Source: Camelus dromedarius | Lineage: Eukaryota | Assembly (NCBI RefSeq): GCF_036321535.1 | Contig: NC_087437.1 | Span: 26,724,001-26,788,000 of the forward strand | Direction: 5' to 3' | DNA length: 64,000 nucleotides | Shown here: piece after piece, positions 11,906 through 24,885 of the stretch | Layout: every line of letters starts with the position of its first letter | Numbering within the stretch: position 1 is the stretch's first letter | The notes under the pieces: generated by a model | Told to the model about the DNA's origin: nothing | The model's input: the letters and a program-made list of their open reading frames with translations, nothing else | Database searches by the model: none | Position numbers and translations under genes: made by a program

Positions 11906-14576
11906 ACTGCCTTTCCTCATTGCCTCCTCATCCCAGTGATCAACTCTGATTTAGGTTAGATGGGTTTAGCACAAATTCATTCGTTTTACAGATACTACGG
12001 GCAGTGACTCCCAAAACTTTTCGAGCGAGGTCTTTGAGACTAGAGTAACCGAGGCTTCCAGACATGACATGGTTTGCCCACTATCACTGAGCTCAGGAGT
12101 GGAGGGACCTGGATTTGAACATGGACCCACCATCTTCCTCCTCCCTGCTCCCCCCATTCTCTCCCACTCTCCCCCTCCCCCAGCACCACTGGGGTGCACT
12201 CAATCTGCCTTTGCCCATGCAGTTCCTGGGATGTCTCCCTTCTCCCTGCTGCTCAACTAAACATATCTGTGTGGTCCGACCCCAAGTGCAATAGGAGAGG
12301 AGGAAATGGAGCCACCAGCACAGGCTGAAGTCATTAAGGAACAACGGGGTGGGGGGAGGTTCATGCTGGACCTTGAAGGATGTGTGGGATGTAGGATTTA
12401 ATTAAGGGAAATGTGGAGGAATAGGGCCTGGACTTGGAGAGCACTAGGGAGAGGTGACTCAAAATAGGCCATTTGGAGTAGCCTGGGAGAACTGCAGAAG
12501 GTGGGACGTGAACTTGGCCGAGTAAGGTCGTGTTATGGAAAAACAAACCATGTGCCTTCTTACAGCAAGAGATTCTCTATTAACTGGGGATTAGAGACAA
12601 ACAAACAAAAAACTCTGTGTAATAATTCTTCATGCCCAGATACAACACTGGGCACAGTGGTTTCCGAAGTTCGATACCAGACTGACTGATCGGCTGAAAT
12701 TCATTTGAACTCAGTCAAGAGCTGACTCCAAACCTTTCCATTTGCTGACTCTTTCTGTGTACACGAAGACCACATTTTCCATTCGCCTTAAAACAGCTTA
12801 ACATTTTTGTTGCGTTACTTAGGCCGCTTTAATTTATCACTATGTTTTAAAGAACCACACCATCCAAAAATAGCACAAAATTATTCATTCTATCGGAGGG
12901 TGGATGGTCCCGCAGCCTTTACATGAAATACGCAGTCTCTCACTGATTGGGCCCTTAGGAATTTAGCCTCGATTTTCAGTGAGTTCTACAAGTCATGAAT
13001 GGGAGGTGCTTGTCTTTCTGAAGCAAGTTATAAGTTTTGTTTTGTTTTTTAATCACCAGGGCCACTGAAGACGGTCTGAGCAGCCACAGAGAGAAGCCAG
13101 GCAGCTGGGTTCTAAATTCCTTCCTTGTCTAGATCCAGGCAGACTGAAATATTTTAGAGAGAGCTGACTTACCAAACCTTTTTTCTCCCAGCTTTCCACA
13201 GTGTCATTTCGTGTATCTGTTTCTAAAACGTTTACTTCTACATTAGATTTCATATTTTAAGCACATAAAGAACTTAGTTTAGGATTTCCCTGGAGCCTAG
13301 CAGATAATTCAAAGAGAGCATTTCCTGAGAAGTAGAAACCAGGGGCTGGTTTTTCCAGAAGTTTTGCTGGGATTATTCGTGATTGCTCTTATTATTATAA
13401 TGATTATAGTCACTCCTTCCTCCCTTTGCTTTCTGCCCCCCTCTCATGTACATAAGAGGGTCTTGTTTTAGTGATCTGTCTTGAAAAATCACATAATGGA
13501 ATATAGATGAGGATTAGGCATAGAAATGTCAGCCCTTATTAAATCTCAGTAGTCAAACTCACTCTTGTGTTTCCCATTACCGCTCTGTCTTTGAGACTTT
13601 CCAGAGAGGAAGAATTCTGCTGGTCCCACAGGACATGCAGCCCCTCCCCCAGGTTTCGCAGAACCTTGCCTGGGGTCAGTCATTGTTGGAAGACTGCACT
13701 GTTTTCCACTTTTGTTGACTTTTAGAAAATTCTGTGTCAGAGAAGACCTTTGGGAGATTCATGTAATCAAATTCTGTCAGGGAGGGGAAAGTCTAACTGT
13801 TCGTGGTATTATTAAATGCCCTGTATAAACCACAGAGTCTGGGCATTCGTAACCCCTCTCCCCTAGGAGCTCAGAGAGCTTCAGAGGCATTGCTTTCTTT
13901 TATTCATCCTCACAAGGGACACGAAGAGAAGGAGGCGGTCAGAGTGCTTCAGACAGTCCTCCCGGCATGCTCAGCTGCTGCAGCGCTGTGCTCCCTCATC
14001 TCCATTCCAGGAGAAACGTGAAGACTTGACAAGGCTTAGAAGGAACCTAGAATAACACCTAGAGGTAGAGCCACCGGAATGGGGCCAGTTGTCAGGGTTT
14101 AGAGGCACCCTTGCTTTTGGAGTGAGACAATGATCTTGGGGACCCACCTGTAAGGGAGGAACTTACTTAATGCATGGGAGCCAGCAGTGGCGTTGGGAGC
14201 CCAGAAATGATCTATTGACCCAGGATACACCTTGCCCGACAGGCAGGCTCTGCTACCTTCTACTGCCAAAGAGAGCTGCTGACACATCTCCCTGGCAGTT
14301 TTCCACTTTAAAGAACTAATCTGCTGATCAGCGTAGACTCATCTTCCTGTGGGCTGCCAAGAAGAATCTGGGTCAGTGGGAGTTTACAGCTGTAGGAGCC
14401 GCCAGCCCAGGATGTGAACTATGGTGACTCCATATCTCACTTCTGTGGCCAGAGTGACCAGGAAGACTTTGAAAGGAACAGTCCCTGATGTCATCCCGGT
14501 CTCTAGGCAAAAAGTAAACCCAGAGCCATCTCTTCCTTTTTGGCACCATATTCCCTCTGGAGAGTTGGAAACCTGA

Positions 14577-14605
<29 letters not shown>
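14577..14605. repeat. (AC)n microsatellite
   Basis: About 14 perfect AC units, read directly. Confidence 0.97.
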
Positions 14606-14608
<3 letters not shown>

Positions 14609-15954
14609 CACACACTTCCCCGGGCCCTTATCAGCCTGAAACTTTGCTCAATCTGCTTTACAGAAGGGATTTAATGAAGTTGTTCCCAGTGAGATTGTGT
14701 TGTCTCTCTGCAGGGTATTTGCGTTTATAGAAGAACCAACCTTGAGGTCAAAGAGTACAACTGATATAAACAGGGAACTGGCAAGTCGGATGAGGCGGCA
14801 TTTCAGCCAGAGTACACCCCTCCCTCCACTAAACATGGGTTATACCAGCGACGAGGCAGATGCCTGTTCTATCTGCCCCACAGAAAAGTGCCGAGACCAG
14901 CATGGCAGAGATCTGAGCTCTCCTCAGAGGCTGGCTCTCCAGCACAGTGCCTTGAGCCTGACCCTTCACCTTTTGGGCATCAGTTGGCTCCTCTGGAACA
15001 TGACAAATAAGAAGAAGATGCGATCACATCATCCCTTCTCCATCTCCTCTGCTCTCCCCTCTTCCTTCTCCCTCACTGTTGGGACCAGCTGTGTCAGTAT
15101 CAGAGTTTATTGGTCAGCTGTGTGAGCCAAAGTGACAAATCGTGGCCTATTCCCAGTTTACTCCAGAATTTCTATATAGATCAAGTTAGGGGGTAGCAAT
15201 CTGGTGAAGGGTGGGACTGGCGTGTGCTGTGCTTTACATAAGATGGGATCCATTTCCCCACACCCTCTCTGTCTCCGATACTATCTAGCTGATTCCCTGA
15301 GATACCTTACAGGCTAGAGTTTCAGGATCCAAAATGTCAGCCTCAACCCTGACCCACTGGCTGCTTCAGATGGACTCTGTCTAGCCCTTCTGTGCGCCTT
15401 ATCTTCCCTCCTTTTCTGTCCCAGCAGGGGCCTGCTGGGGCCCTCCCTGTCTTAAATAGGAGGGAGTGTGGAGGCATCGGAAAGCCTGTCAGCTCCCACC
15501 AGTCTTAGCAGAGGAGTTGGGATGGGCAGGGCAGCGGCGGGGGAAAGGGCAGAACTCCACCAGTGGTATGAGAGCAACCTGCCTGAGAGCTCTCGGGCAG
15601 GGCACAGGTAACAGTTTTAATAAAAATTAAAAATAGAACCTGCAGAACAGGTCTTTGCTTTTTTTTCAGTGTACTGGAGCCTACCGCCAGATCAAAGCCA
15701 TCTCCGTGGATGTGATGAGTGTGCGGGAAGGCTCTGAGGAGGAGGGGCTGGTGAATGCGGTGAGATTTGTGTTGTTGTAACCTTTCCACAATGCTACTCA
15801 GGTCCGTACATCTTGTTCCATGCTCAGATGCTGTCCAGGTGATTCATAATCTACTTCCACACTGACTGCAAGGTAACCAGACCAAGTGTGCACTATGTCA
15901 GGAGCTGCTCACCTGGAGGTCCTTCAGTTCAGGGCTCCAGTTGTGTCACTGGGC

Positions 15955-16225
15955 CCCTGATATGTGCTAATCATGGTACTAGGGGCTCAGAATACACGGT
16001 GAACACAGTGAGTTCCTTCCCTCACCTCAGGGGCCAGGTGTATAGACAGGTCACTTTAAAATGATAGGAGATGCAGAGAGGGTCATAGGAGCACAGATGA
16101 AGGTCCCTTCACCTCCCTTGGTAGTACGGTGGGGCCTTGGGGAGATAAAATGTGAGATGTGACTTGCAGAATGAAGTTACTAGGGTGAAAGGGAGGAAGG
16201 GAAGAGCACTCCCAGCAGAGGGCGC
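15955..16225 (-). mobile_element. L2 LINE relic
   Basis: tatgtgctaatcatggtactagggg...aatacacggtgaaca...ataggagcacag...gggaagagcactcccagcagaggg. Confidence 0.6.
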
Positions 16226-16227
16226 TC
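16209..16227 (+). promoter_or_regulatory. CTCF core motif
   Basis: CTCCCAGCAGAGGGCGCTC; near-consensus core CCAGCAGAGGGCGC. Confidence 0.5.
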
Positions 16228-16419
16228 TCTTTTTGTAGACTGTGGTTGGGAACTCAGGTGGGAGATGGGAAGGAGGTGATCATGCAAAAGAAAAAAGATT
16301 ACATCCTCTCCCTGTCCTCTCCTACTCACCTGCACTCTGATCTCTGCAGGGAGAAAGAAAAAAAAATCTTGGGGTAGGATTTTTTCTGCAGTTTAAAGAA
16401 GATACAATATTGGAATACT

Positions 16420-16875
16420 GTCTTTGATAGCAACAAAACCAACCAATAAAAACTCAACCTGCAAACAACCTGACTATCCATGCGCAGGATGGAAATTGTT
16501 AAACAAATATGGTACATCCATCTATATTATGGAATATTATGTAGTCATTAAAAAGAATAAGCTAGCTCTATATGCGCAAACAGATACCTAAGCAATTTTG
16601 TTAAGTAAAAAAGTGTCATAGGAAAATATGTATAATATGTTCCCATTTTTGTAAAGAAATATATATTATTGGGTCTTTATGTGTTTTCTGTGTATTTACA
16701 TACATACACATGCATAAACACACAGAAAAAGTTCTAGAAAGATATTCAACTTCTGGGGGAGGGAAGATGGCAAAGGAAGAGGGACTTTCACTTCTTATTA
16801 AACCCACTTTATTTTTTACTTACTTTTTTTTTCACATTTTTACCTGAGCATGTAGTACTTTGGTAATTATTTTTC
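16420..16875 (+). mobile_element. Ancient L1ME 3' end
   Basis: aaacaacctgactatccat...aaatatggtacatccat...atggaatattatgtagtcattaaaaagaat. Confidence 0.7.
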
Positions 16876-17688
16876 CAATAGAGGGGAAAGCAATCAAATA
16901 GAAAGACAAAGTTCTTCAGAGGGGTGCTCTAAACTCTTTGTTCATAGTCTTCATTCCCACATTCCTGCATTCTGGACACTCACCTAACTCCAGGGGAAAC
17001 CAAGATGCCCCAGAAGCCCAACCCTGCAACTGTCACCATGAATAACACAAAAATGAAAAAGCCAAAGTGAGTCAGTGGACTAGGAGTACCAGGCTTGTTT
17101 GCTGGCTCCCTCATTGTTAGAAGAGAGTGGTTAATTTGCTTTTCTCCCAGGGTTATTTTTCTAGTATTAAGTAATTCTGGGGAGCCCTTTTGTGATTACC
17201 TACAAATAAATAACTGAAATTGCCATTAAAATAAATCATTTATCAACTTTAATGCTGTCATAGAGAATATAATATCAATTCTAATGTGAGTTTAAATTAT
17301 AATGTTGTGTCAGAGGCTCGTACCCAAGGGTAGTGTTTTATGAAACAGTTCCTCTTACTCAGCTCCCACCTCCACCCACACATCTGTGATTTCATTTGAT
17401 CCAGCACAAAACCAACCACAAAACAGAAATATCTAGCACTAACAGCGCTTCAGCGATACCGTGTTAGAGACGTCACACCAATACTAGATGAGCTTAGGGT
17501 GTCATCTAGTTCTTTAGAGTTTCCCCTATAGAAAAGTTCTAGGTTTGGTGCTCTGTCCCATCCACCTCACTTGGTGAGGAGTCCCTGATTATACTTGAGA
17601 ATCTTTTCCTGGACCTCTGGTTCAAGTCAGATTTAGAGAGAGCTTCCAGCCTTCTTAACCCTTCAACTTGCCAGGGATAGAAAATTAC

Positions 17689-18398
17689 AGTATGGAGATT
17701 CCTTAAAAAACTGAAAACAGAGTTACCATGAGATCCAGCAATCCTATTCCTGGCCATATATCTGGAGAAGACTCTAATTTGAAAAGATACATGCACCTCA
17801 GTGTTCATAGCAGCACTATTTACAATAGCCAAGACATGGAAGCAACCTAAATGTCCATCAACAGATGACTGGATAGAGAAGATGTGAGATATATATATAT
17901 ATACACACATACACACACAAAATGGAATATTACTCAGCCATAAAGAAGAATGAAATCATGCCATTTGCAGCAACATGGATGGACCTAGATTATCACGTTA
18001 AGTAAGTCAGACAGAGAAAAACAAATATCATATCACTTATATGTGGAATCTAAAAAAAAAAAAGATACAAATGAACTTATTTACAAACCAGAAATAGACT
18101 CACAGACATAGAAAACAAACTATGATTACCAAAGGGGAAAGGGGGAGGGCTAAATTAGGAGTTTGGGATTAACATAAATACAGTATTATACATAAAATAG
18201 ATAAACAACAAGGACCTACTCTATAGCACAGGGAATTACATTCACTATCTTGTAATAACCTATAATGTAAAAGAATCTGAAAAAGAGTATATATATAATA
18301 TATATACATATATGTATAATTGAATCACTTTGCCACACACCTAAAACTAACACAACACTGTAAATCAACTATACTTAACAAACAAACAAACAAAGAAA
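17689..18398 (+). mobile_element. 5'-truncated L1 (ORF2 C-terminus, 3' UTR, tail), cetartiodactyl type
   Basis: Translates TVWRFLKKLKTELP*DPAI...KDTCTSVFIAALFTIAKTWKQPKCPSTDDW; TSD AGAAAAT(T/G)AC at 17679-17688 and 18399-18408. Confidence 0.95.
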
Positions 18399-18766
18399 AG
18401 AAAATGACCATAAATAACAGAACTTTCTTCCAGCTCTAGAAATCAGAGGCTGCAGTGTTTGATGGCCTTTCCTTCTGTCTGGCTCTGGAGTTCAGGTCAC
18501 TTAACCTACTTAGGCTCTCATTTCCTCACATCTACAATGGATGCACAGTTTCTATGCCGGAGAATGTGTTTAAGCTGTGAGCCACTCTCGAGGGAAAGCT
18601 CTGACCCTAGAGAAGAGCATGGTGGTCTCACAACAAAGCAAAGCAATCTGTAGAGGACCACTCCCCCCCCCTTTTTTTTTGTGAAAGATATTCTCCAAAT
18701 GAGAAGCTAGAGGTAGTGATGTTGCCCCGATAGCCAGAGATTCCCTGTGTCCAAGTTTGTCTAAGT

Positions 18767-19273
18767 CCAAGGTTTGTAACTGGGATTCCAGGACACCATT
18801 TCAGAGGGTTCATGAACTGACTAGCTGGATACAGGAAAAAATTCTGTCTTTATTTTTACTAATCTCTTTCTGAAACTTAGCAATTTTCCTGTTTTAAATG
18901 TGCTCACAAACCACAGTAGTAATATTCAATCCATACCTGGGACTTTGTCACTGGTAAGAATCACTGATAATTCTATAGAACATTACAGTTGTCCCAGATA
19001 TCTCAAAGTATTTGCTCTCATCTTTACTCCAAAATCATGGTAGGTATTTGAGCTGCAGTTAGATACTTCATGCTTAATAAAGAAGCACATATATTAATTA
19101 CTATATCACAGATTTAAAAAAAATTCCAGTTACTGTATTTCAATATAATCAGATTGCTTTATAATCAAGTATGTTTTCTTATATTTCCTTTAAAGACAAT
19201 ATTCTAAGCAAGGTTCATAAACTTCAGCAGACTGCCAAAGGGGCCCATGCCCAATAAAGATTAAGAACCTCTG
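18767..19273 (-). mobile_element. MER119 hAT-Charlie DNA transposon, near full length
   Basis: Matches the reverse complement of recalled MER119; terminal ttaagaacctctg; 8-bp TSD GTCTAAGT (18759-18766) / CTCTAAGT (19274-19281). Confidence 0.85.
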
Positions 19274-20334
19274 CTCTAAGTGGGGTTAGAATGGGGCTTG
19301 CAAATGGTCCTAAAGGTCTGTGTCAATGTCACTTTATTTACACATTCCTGAGATTCAGCCCCCAGCTCCTAGGGCTCCTCTTAACCAAATATGCTAAGGA
19401 AGAAGCTACATCTGTATAAACACCATCCAACTAAAGTGTCAGGTTTCCTCCTCTTCTTCACAGTTGTTTGAAGCCAACAGCTAATGGCATTAGAAGGATC
19501 AAATATCCTGTGTGCCTGGAAGAAGAGAGAGGAACTTCTATGGGATTACAACCCGGCGTGTTGGTTTAACTCTGCTACCCTGTTCACTTTGCTTTGAATT
19601 AAGTACAACCAAGAAGTGTTCTGAAAATGAAAGGATAAGCCACAAACCCGTAAGTTGCTGGTTTATTTTCTCCGTAGGACATTAGGGCATCACCTAATAG
19701 CAGCTTAACAGCTGAATTTTGAAGAGTCACATCTCTGATCAATGCCTAGACCAGGCATGACAAATGGATTTCACCCCGATCTGATCAAGTTACCATTGTA
19801 CTGGGAAGGGTTCTGAGGCCATCTCCAGGCTTGAGGGGAAAGGTGCTGTGATGGATTGCTGATGTCTGCTGCAGTAAAGGGTTGTAGCTACGTGCCTGCC
19901 CCGTGATTTTCTTGAGTCCATCACTAACTGGAACTACGGCCACCTTTACTTGAGACCTAGACAGAAACATTCTTGAACATTCTTTCTGTGTCCCCTCTCT
20001 GTGCTGAAGAGAAAGGGAAACCTCAGTTCCTGCAACTACATCACTAATTTATTGATTTAATTGGTGAACAATTTAATGATGAGCAATAAACACAACACGA
20101 GATTGTACAAAACTGCCTGAGATACCCCAAAACATTACAGCACAATTGATGAAGGGGAATTCACTCAAAATAATTAATTTGATCAAAGAAAACGTGATTC
20201 CTGTGCTTCCCTACTGCTTATTAGTATCATAAATTTGACCTCATGATTTCTGCTCAGAAACACTTCTCCCAAATCTGATGCTTACTGACTCAGTTTCCCT
20301 GGCTTTGTTTTCTGTAGGTCATGCTAGGTAGGGT

Positions 20335-20510
20335 TAATGCTGCCTTGCATTTGCAGAAGGCTTTGGCTTTTGCAAAGCTGTTTCTGAAACACTCTCTCCT
20401 GTAGTGTCTCTCAGTAGGCAGGGAAGGCTCAGTTCTTATCATTATGCCCATTTCACAGATGAAACTGGGACTTCAAGAGGTCAAGTGGCTTACCCAGAAT
20501 CCCACTGTCA
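20335..20510 (-). mobile_element. MIR SINE
   Basis: attatgcccatttcacagatgaaactggga...gaggtcaagtggcttaccca. Confidence 0.7.
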
Positions 20511-21184
20511 GTTCAATGCTCTTTCAACCGCATTCCACTTGCTTATATCAGGGTCTCCTTATTGAGTTAGGGTTTCCTGAAGAAAGGAAGTCTTTTCAAA
20601 TGAAAAGAGAAAACAAACCAACATTCTTTTATAAATTCAAAATATACTGTCATCTACCTATTTGTGCTTCCCACGTTGGCCAGGATGGAGGTGACGTTTC
20701 TGATTTTTTTATTTTTACTCCTGTTTTAGCAGAATTTAAGGAATCTGCTTAACTATTTGCACTTTGTTCTTCCACCAGTTCAATTTCAATTAATGGAATC
20801 CCAAGCCAAGATTCTAGTACATCTCATACAACTCAACAGACATCCAAGCTTGACTGTGATTTGGATTAATTTTTGTTTGTTTGTTTAAGAAATGATGAAA
20901 CAGGCAATTTGTCTGACATGTAAGTATTGACAGACTGGGATGGACTATTAATTTCTTCTAATGCAGTTAAAATATGCAAGAAAAGAAAATGGGTGGATTT
21001 GTCGGATTAAGGTGGTAGTTTACCAAGTAATTAATGGTTCTTAGTGGTCTTGTTAGACTAGTGGTTGGGGCCCTGGCCCACATTTTGTCCCAGATTCTTG
21101 TCCAATTTTCTGATCTCTCTTTACCCACACCATAGCCTTGGGCTCTGGCTACAGAAGTAGATGTGTTCCACTGTTTCTTCTAAT

Positions 21185-21790
21185 CTACATTCATTTGTGC
21201 ACCAACCGTGTACCAGTCACCCTCAAGAAACTTACAGCCAAGTTAGAAACAGACAAATTAAAGAGTCATTCAACTTAAAGAAGTCTACAGTTTAAAATAA
21301 AGGCATCTACAGCGCATGATTGTGAACCACAGTCTTTGGGGCTCAGGGAAAATCTCTTGGAGGAAAAGACATTAAAACTAAACCCTTAAGAAAGAGTAGG
21401 AAACAGTAAGGGGTAGGGGTGAGGAAATTCATGTAAAAAGTGAGAAGGCAAAAGAGTGAGTTCAGGGGAGAAGGTGTGGCTCTGGAGCAGGGCGTGTAAG
21501 CAATGGGATGGAGGTGGGGGAGAGGTAGTGAGAACAAGGCTGGAGAAGTAAACAAGGGCCACAGTCGTAAACAATCTCAAATGCACACTAAGAATTTGCA
21601 GCCATATTCCGAGAGCAATGGATGGCCACTTTAATATTAATTTTATAATTTTTGTTTCCATTGCTCTGTGAAGAATGGAGTTGAGAGGAACAAAGATTGC
21701 AAGCAGGGAGACCAGCCTCAATTCAGGCTGAGGGGTCTAGCAGCCTGACATAAATAGGGAGAGTGGAGATGAAGAAAAAAGACTTCAAGA
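21185..21790 (-). mobile_element. L2 LINE relic
   Basis: Purine-rich antisense L2: gaggctggagaagtaaacaagggcca-like, gagcaatggatggccact, tgtgaagaatggag...gcagggagaccag. Confidence 0.7.
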
Positions 21791-21999
21791 CTCCCCAGGT
21801 CAGTATTCCAATGTTGCAGGCAGTTCTTGCTGATCCCCTTCTTTGGGTTACCGTTTTGATGCTGGCTTTGAGCTGTCTTCACTCACCACTGTGCTGCAGG
21901 CACTGAGACTTAGAGAAACTCCACAGTTAGTAAGAATAATGGTTGGTTAAGCACAGTGAGTCTGCAGAAGGTTCCTTTTTAGGGTCTCAGATCAAATTA

Positions 22000-22510
22000 C
22001 CAAGTGCAGGATTTGTAAATGTGTTTCATTATAGGCACCAATTCTGATGGGAGAGGCTGAGACAGGTGTTGGAAGTTTGTCTTAGGACACACAGGGAAAC
22101 AAGGAAGCAGAGGGAACCATCTTGACAGTGATAAAAGCAAGCTTCATGAAGCACTGAAATGTTCCTCAAGACACCACAGCCACCAAGGAGGCTCAAAACA
22201 ATCTGGTAGCCAGTATTTCTCTGCCTCTGCTTTTATGCCACCATCAATTATCAACACCCTGCGTGCCTCATGGCTCCTGCTTACCACCATTTATATGGTG
22301 GCCCCAGTCTCCACTGCTGTAGGAAAGTTCTCCCCACACCTTGGCCGCCCTAGCCTGTGTCACTCCAGGATCCCCAAGGACCAGCAATCCTCCCCCCGAT
22401 AGCTAAAGCAGAAAACTCCTAGGGAGGATTATTACAGGTTCCTTCTGGGTCACATGTCTATCCCTACACTACTCACTGTGGTTAGGAGGATAGGAATACA
22501 CACGCAGCTG
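22000..22510 (-). mobile_element. MLT1-type (MaLR) LTR relic
   Basis: tctctgcctctgct...atggtggccccag...ctgggtcacatgtctatccct...tcactgtgg; highly diverged. Confidence 0.4.
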
Positions 22511-22914
22511 GGGTTGTGGTGGTGGTGGTGGGGGGTTCCTAATGCAACCACATGTCAGGGGAGGAGTTCTCCAAAGCATAGTGCTCCATTAGCTACTCAA
22601 AGCAACCATTTGGGGAAAGAAAAAAAAAAAAAAAAAAGGTGTGTCATTGGCAGGTACTTTGGGCTTCATGGCCTGTCCTGAAGAAATTCTTCTAAATATA
22701 TGTAACTGCTTTCACAACTTCAAGTTTCAATTTCTTCTGCTAGAGAACAAGAATTTGTCAAGTTAGATGTTAGTTGGTTTTTTTTTTTTTAGATAAATCT
22801 CAGATCTGTAGAACGCCCATCAAACTTTGGGGTATGTGCAGAAAGAAGCAAAACAAAAATCTATTAAACACTGTCTTTTTCTCTATCAAGAGTCTTTTAG
22901 TAGCAGACTGTGCC

Positions 22915-23080
22915 CATCATGTTGCTTTGATTGCAAGCGACAGAAATCAAAGCTGGCAAACCTAAGCGAAATAAAATGTATTGGGAGAATATTGAAAGGA
23001 AATAAACAGGGCATCTCCGAAGGCTGTGAAACAGGAATTGCAGGATTGGTAGGCTTTCTAGTAGAAAAAGGATGTCGGAG
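22915..23080 (-). mobile_element. MLT1-type LTR 3' fragment
   Basis: ttgattgcaagcgacagaaatcaaagctggcaaacctaagc...aatgtattgg. Confidence 0.5.
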
Positions 23081-23195
23081 AATACCACGAAGATGAAGAG
23101 CTCCAGATGCACACGTACGTGGTGAAATTATTTTTTTAAAGGCAGAAAAATCATCTTCATAAAATTCAGGCTAATAGTTACCTAAGAAGTGAAGA

Positions 23196-23366
23196 TAGGA
23201 CCAGCTACATCATTGCAGGACCCAATGCAAAAGGAAAATGCAGGACTGCTTGTTCAGAGATTATAAGGGATTTCAAGACGGCAACCGTGAAGCATTAAAC
23301 CAAGCATGGGACACCTCTGAGCATGGAGCCCTGTGCACAGGTCACATACCCATGAAGCCATCCCTG
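23196..23366 (-). mobile_element. MER45A hAT-Tip100 transposon nested in an old L1 3' end (~23120-23535)
   Basis: aggaccagctacat...tttcaagacggcaac...gcattaaaccaagc...gcacaggtcacatacccatgaagccatccctg; L1 sequence resumes on both sides. Confidence 0.85.
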
Positions 23367-24714
23367 TGGGAAGGAGAGGGTTTCAATTGGTGAAGGACAC
23401 AGAGGAGACTATAGAAGGCTGATCATCTTGACAGTGGTGCTACATGGGCACGTTTTCCATTATTTGTAAATCTTTCATGTGGTTTTATTTACTCTTCCAT
23501 AAGGGTCGTTGTATTTCACAATTTTAAAAAAAGAAACAATTCTATCTTCTGTCCTGTGTCAACCATACAGCATTCAACATGCCAGGAGAAAGCGTCTGAG
23601 TGGCCAAGTTCAGGTCCAATGCCCTTATCCTGGCTGCCATGGGAGGATAGCAATCTAATAATAACAACAAAAAATGAGAAGGCAAACAAGAACGAGACGA
23701 AGAAGAACAATAACAGCAGGTGGAAGTGCTAATACTTGCTGGGCAGTTACTGCATGTTTTAGATGCTACTCTGAATTAACTCATTAAATACACACCACAG
23801 CTCTGTGAGATCGAGATTTCCCCCAGAGGAAGTGGGTGCTTGGACTTATTGATTACTAAGATCTCACACCAGGAGGGAGAGAGAATCCTCAAAAAGGGCA
23901 AGTGGGTGTGTTGGGATACAGAATGGGTGTGGGTAGCTGAGAAATGCCAAAGTCCACTACATGGGCCGAGGAGACAAAAGGGCTTTGGTACAGGTTATTC
24001 CTATTTGCATTTGATAATTATTGGTTGATTTTCAAAGTTTAATGCCCTATGCTAGGTAACATACAAAGAAAACAAAGTTGAACAGGACAGTGACCTGTTA
24101 CTATATGTCACTTAAGAGAAAAGAGGGGAAAAGGGAAAAGATACCCCTAAGGAAGTTCAAGTATGAAGAAATAATGTAGGAAGTGCTTGGAACTAAGGAA
24201 TATGAGAGTTGGGTGTGTCCAGAGGCACTATTATCATATTACATGCTGCATTCTCAAGGTGGCTTCAGCCCTGCAAAGACAGACTCAGATAAGCCAAGCC
24301 TTGCTAAGCGGGACATTTCTTCTACAGTGAGTCTGCCCTCAGAGCTAACCTGACCACAGACATCATCGCTTTTTTACCAGGTTGGAACAGCTGAGGAGCA
24401 TGACTACATACATTAGATTCACAGATATGTAAGGCTGCCAAGTAGGGGCCTCATCAAGAGGCAGAAATCTGGAAATCCCATTAGCGACAGATGCAGCCCA
24501 GCATGCATGTCTGGGGAGGCCCTGGCTGCAGCCCTTTGGGACCAAGGCAGATTCATCTTGGATCACGACAGCCACTCCAGGACAACCTGAGACCAGTGTG
24601 AGGGGGAGACATGTCACAAGGAAGGAGTGGATAAAGCCAGGCAGGTAGCAGCCATCCACTTGACCCAGGGCAGGCTAACGAGGCCAATTGTTGGAGGTTC
24701 TCTAACCTGAGGTT

Positions 24715-24885
24715 TGAATTAATAGGAACCTGAGTTTGAATCCAGCCTCTATGACTTCCCCTTGAGCAAGCTACTTCACCTGTCTCTGCCTCAGTTTCCC
24801 CATCTGCCAAAGGGGGATGACGCACCCTAGGGCTGTTAGGATTAAATAGGGTGATACATTTATACACTCGCAATGGTAATTATTG
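24715..24885 (+). mobile_element. MIR SINE
   Basis: cctgagtttgaatccagcctc...ttgagcaagctacttcacctgtctctgcctcagtttccccatctg. Confidence 0.8.

Noticed and set aside
14697..15125. 142-aa ORF with a good acceptor (ctctctgcag at ~14713) as a coding exon
   Set aside because: No recognisable protein similarity, non-ATG start, no convincing donor; chance ORF is sufficient.
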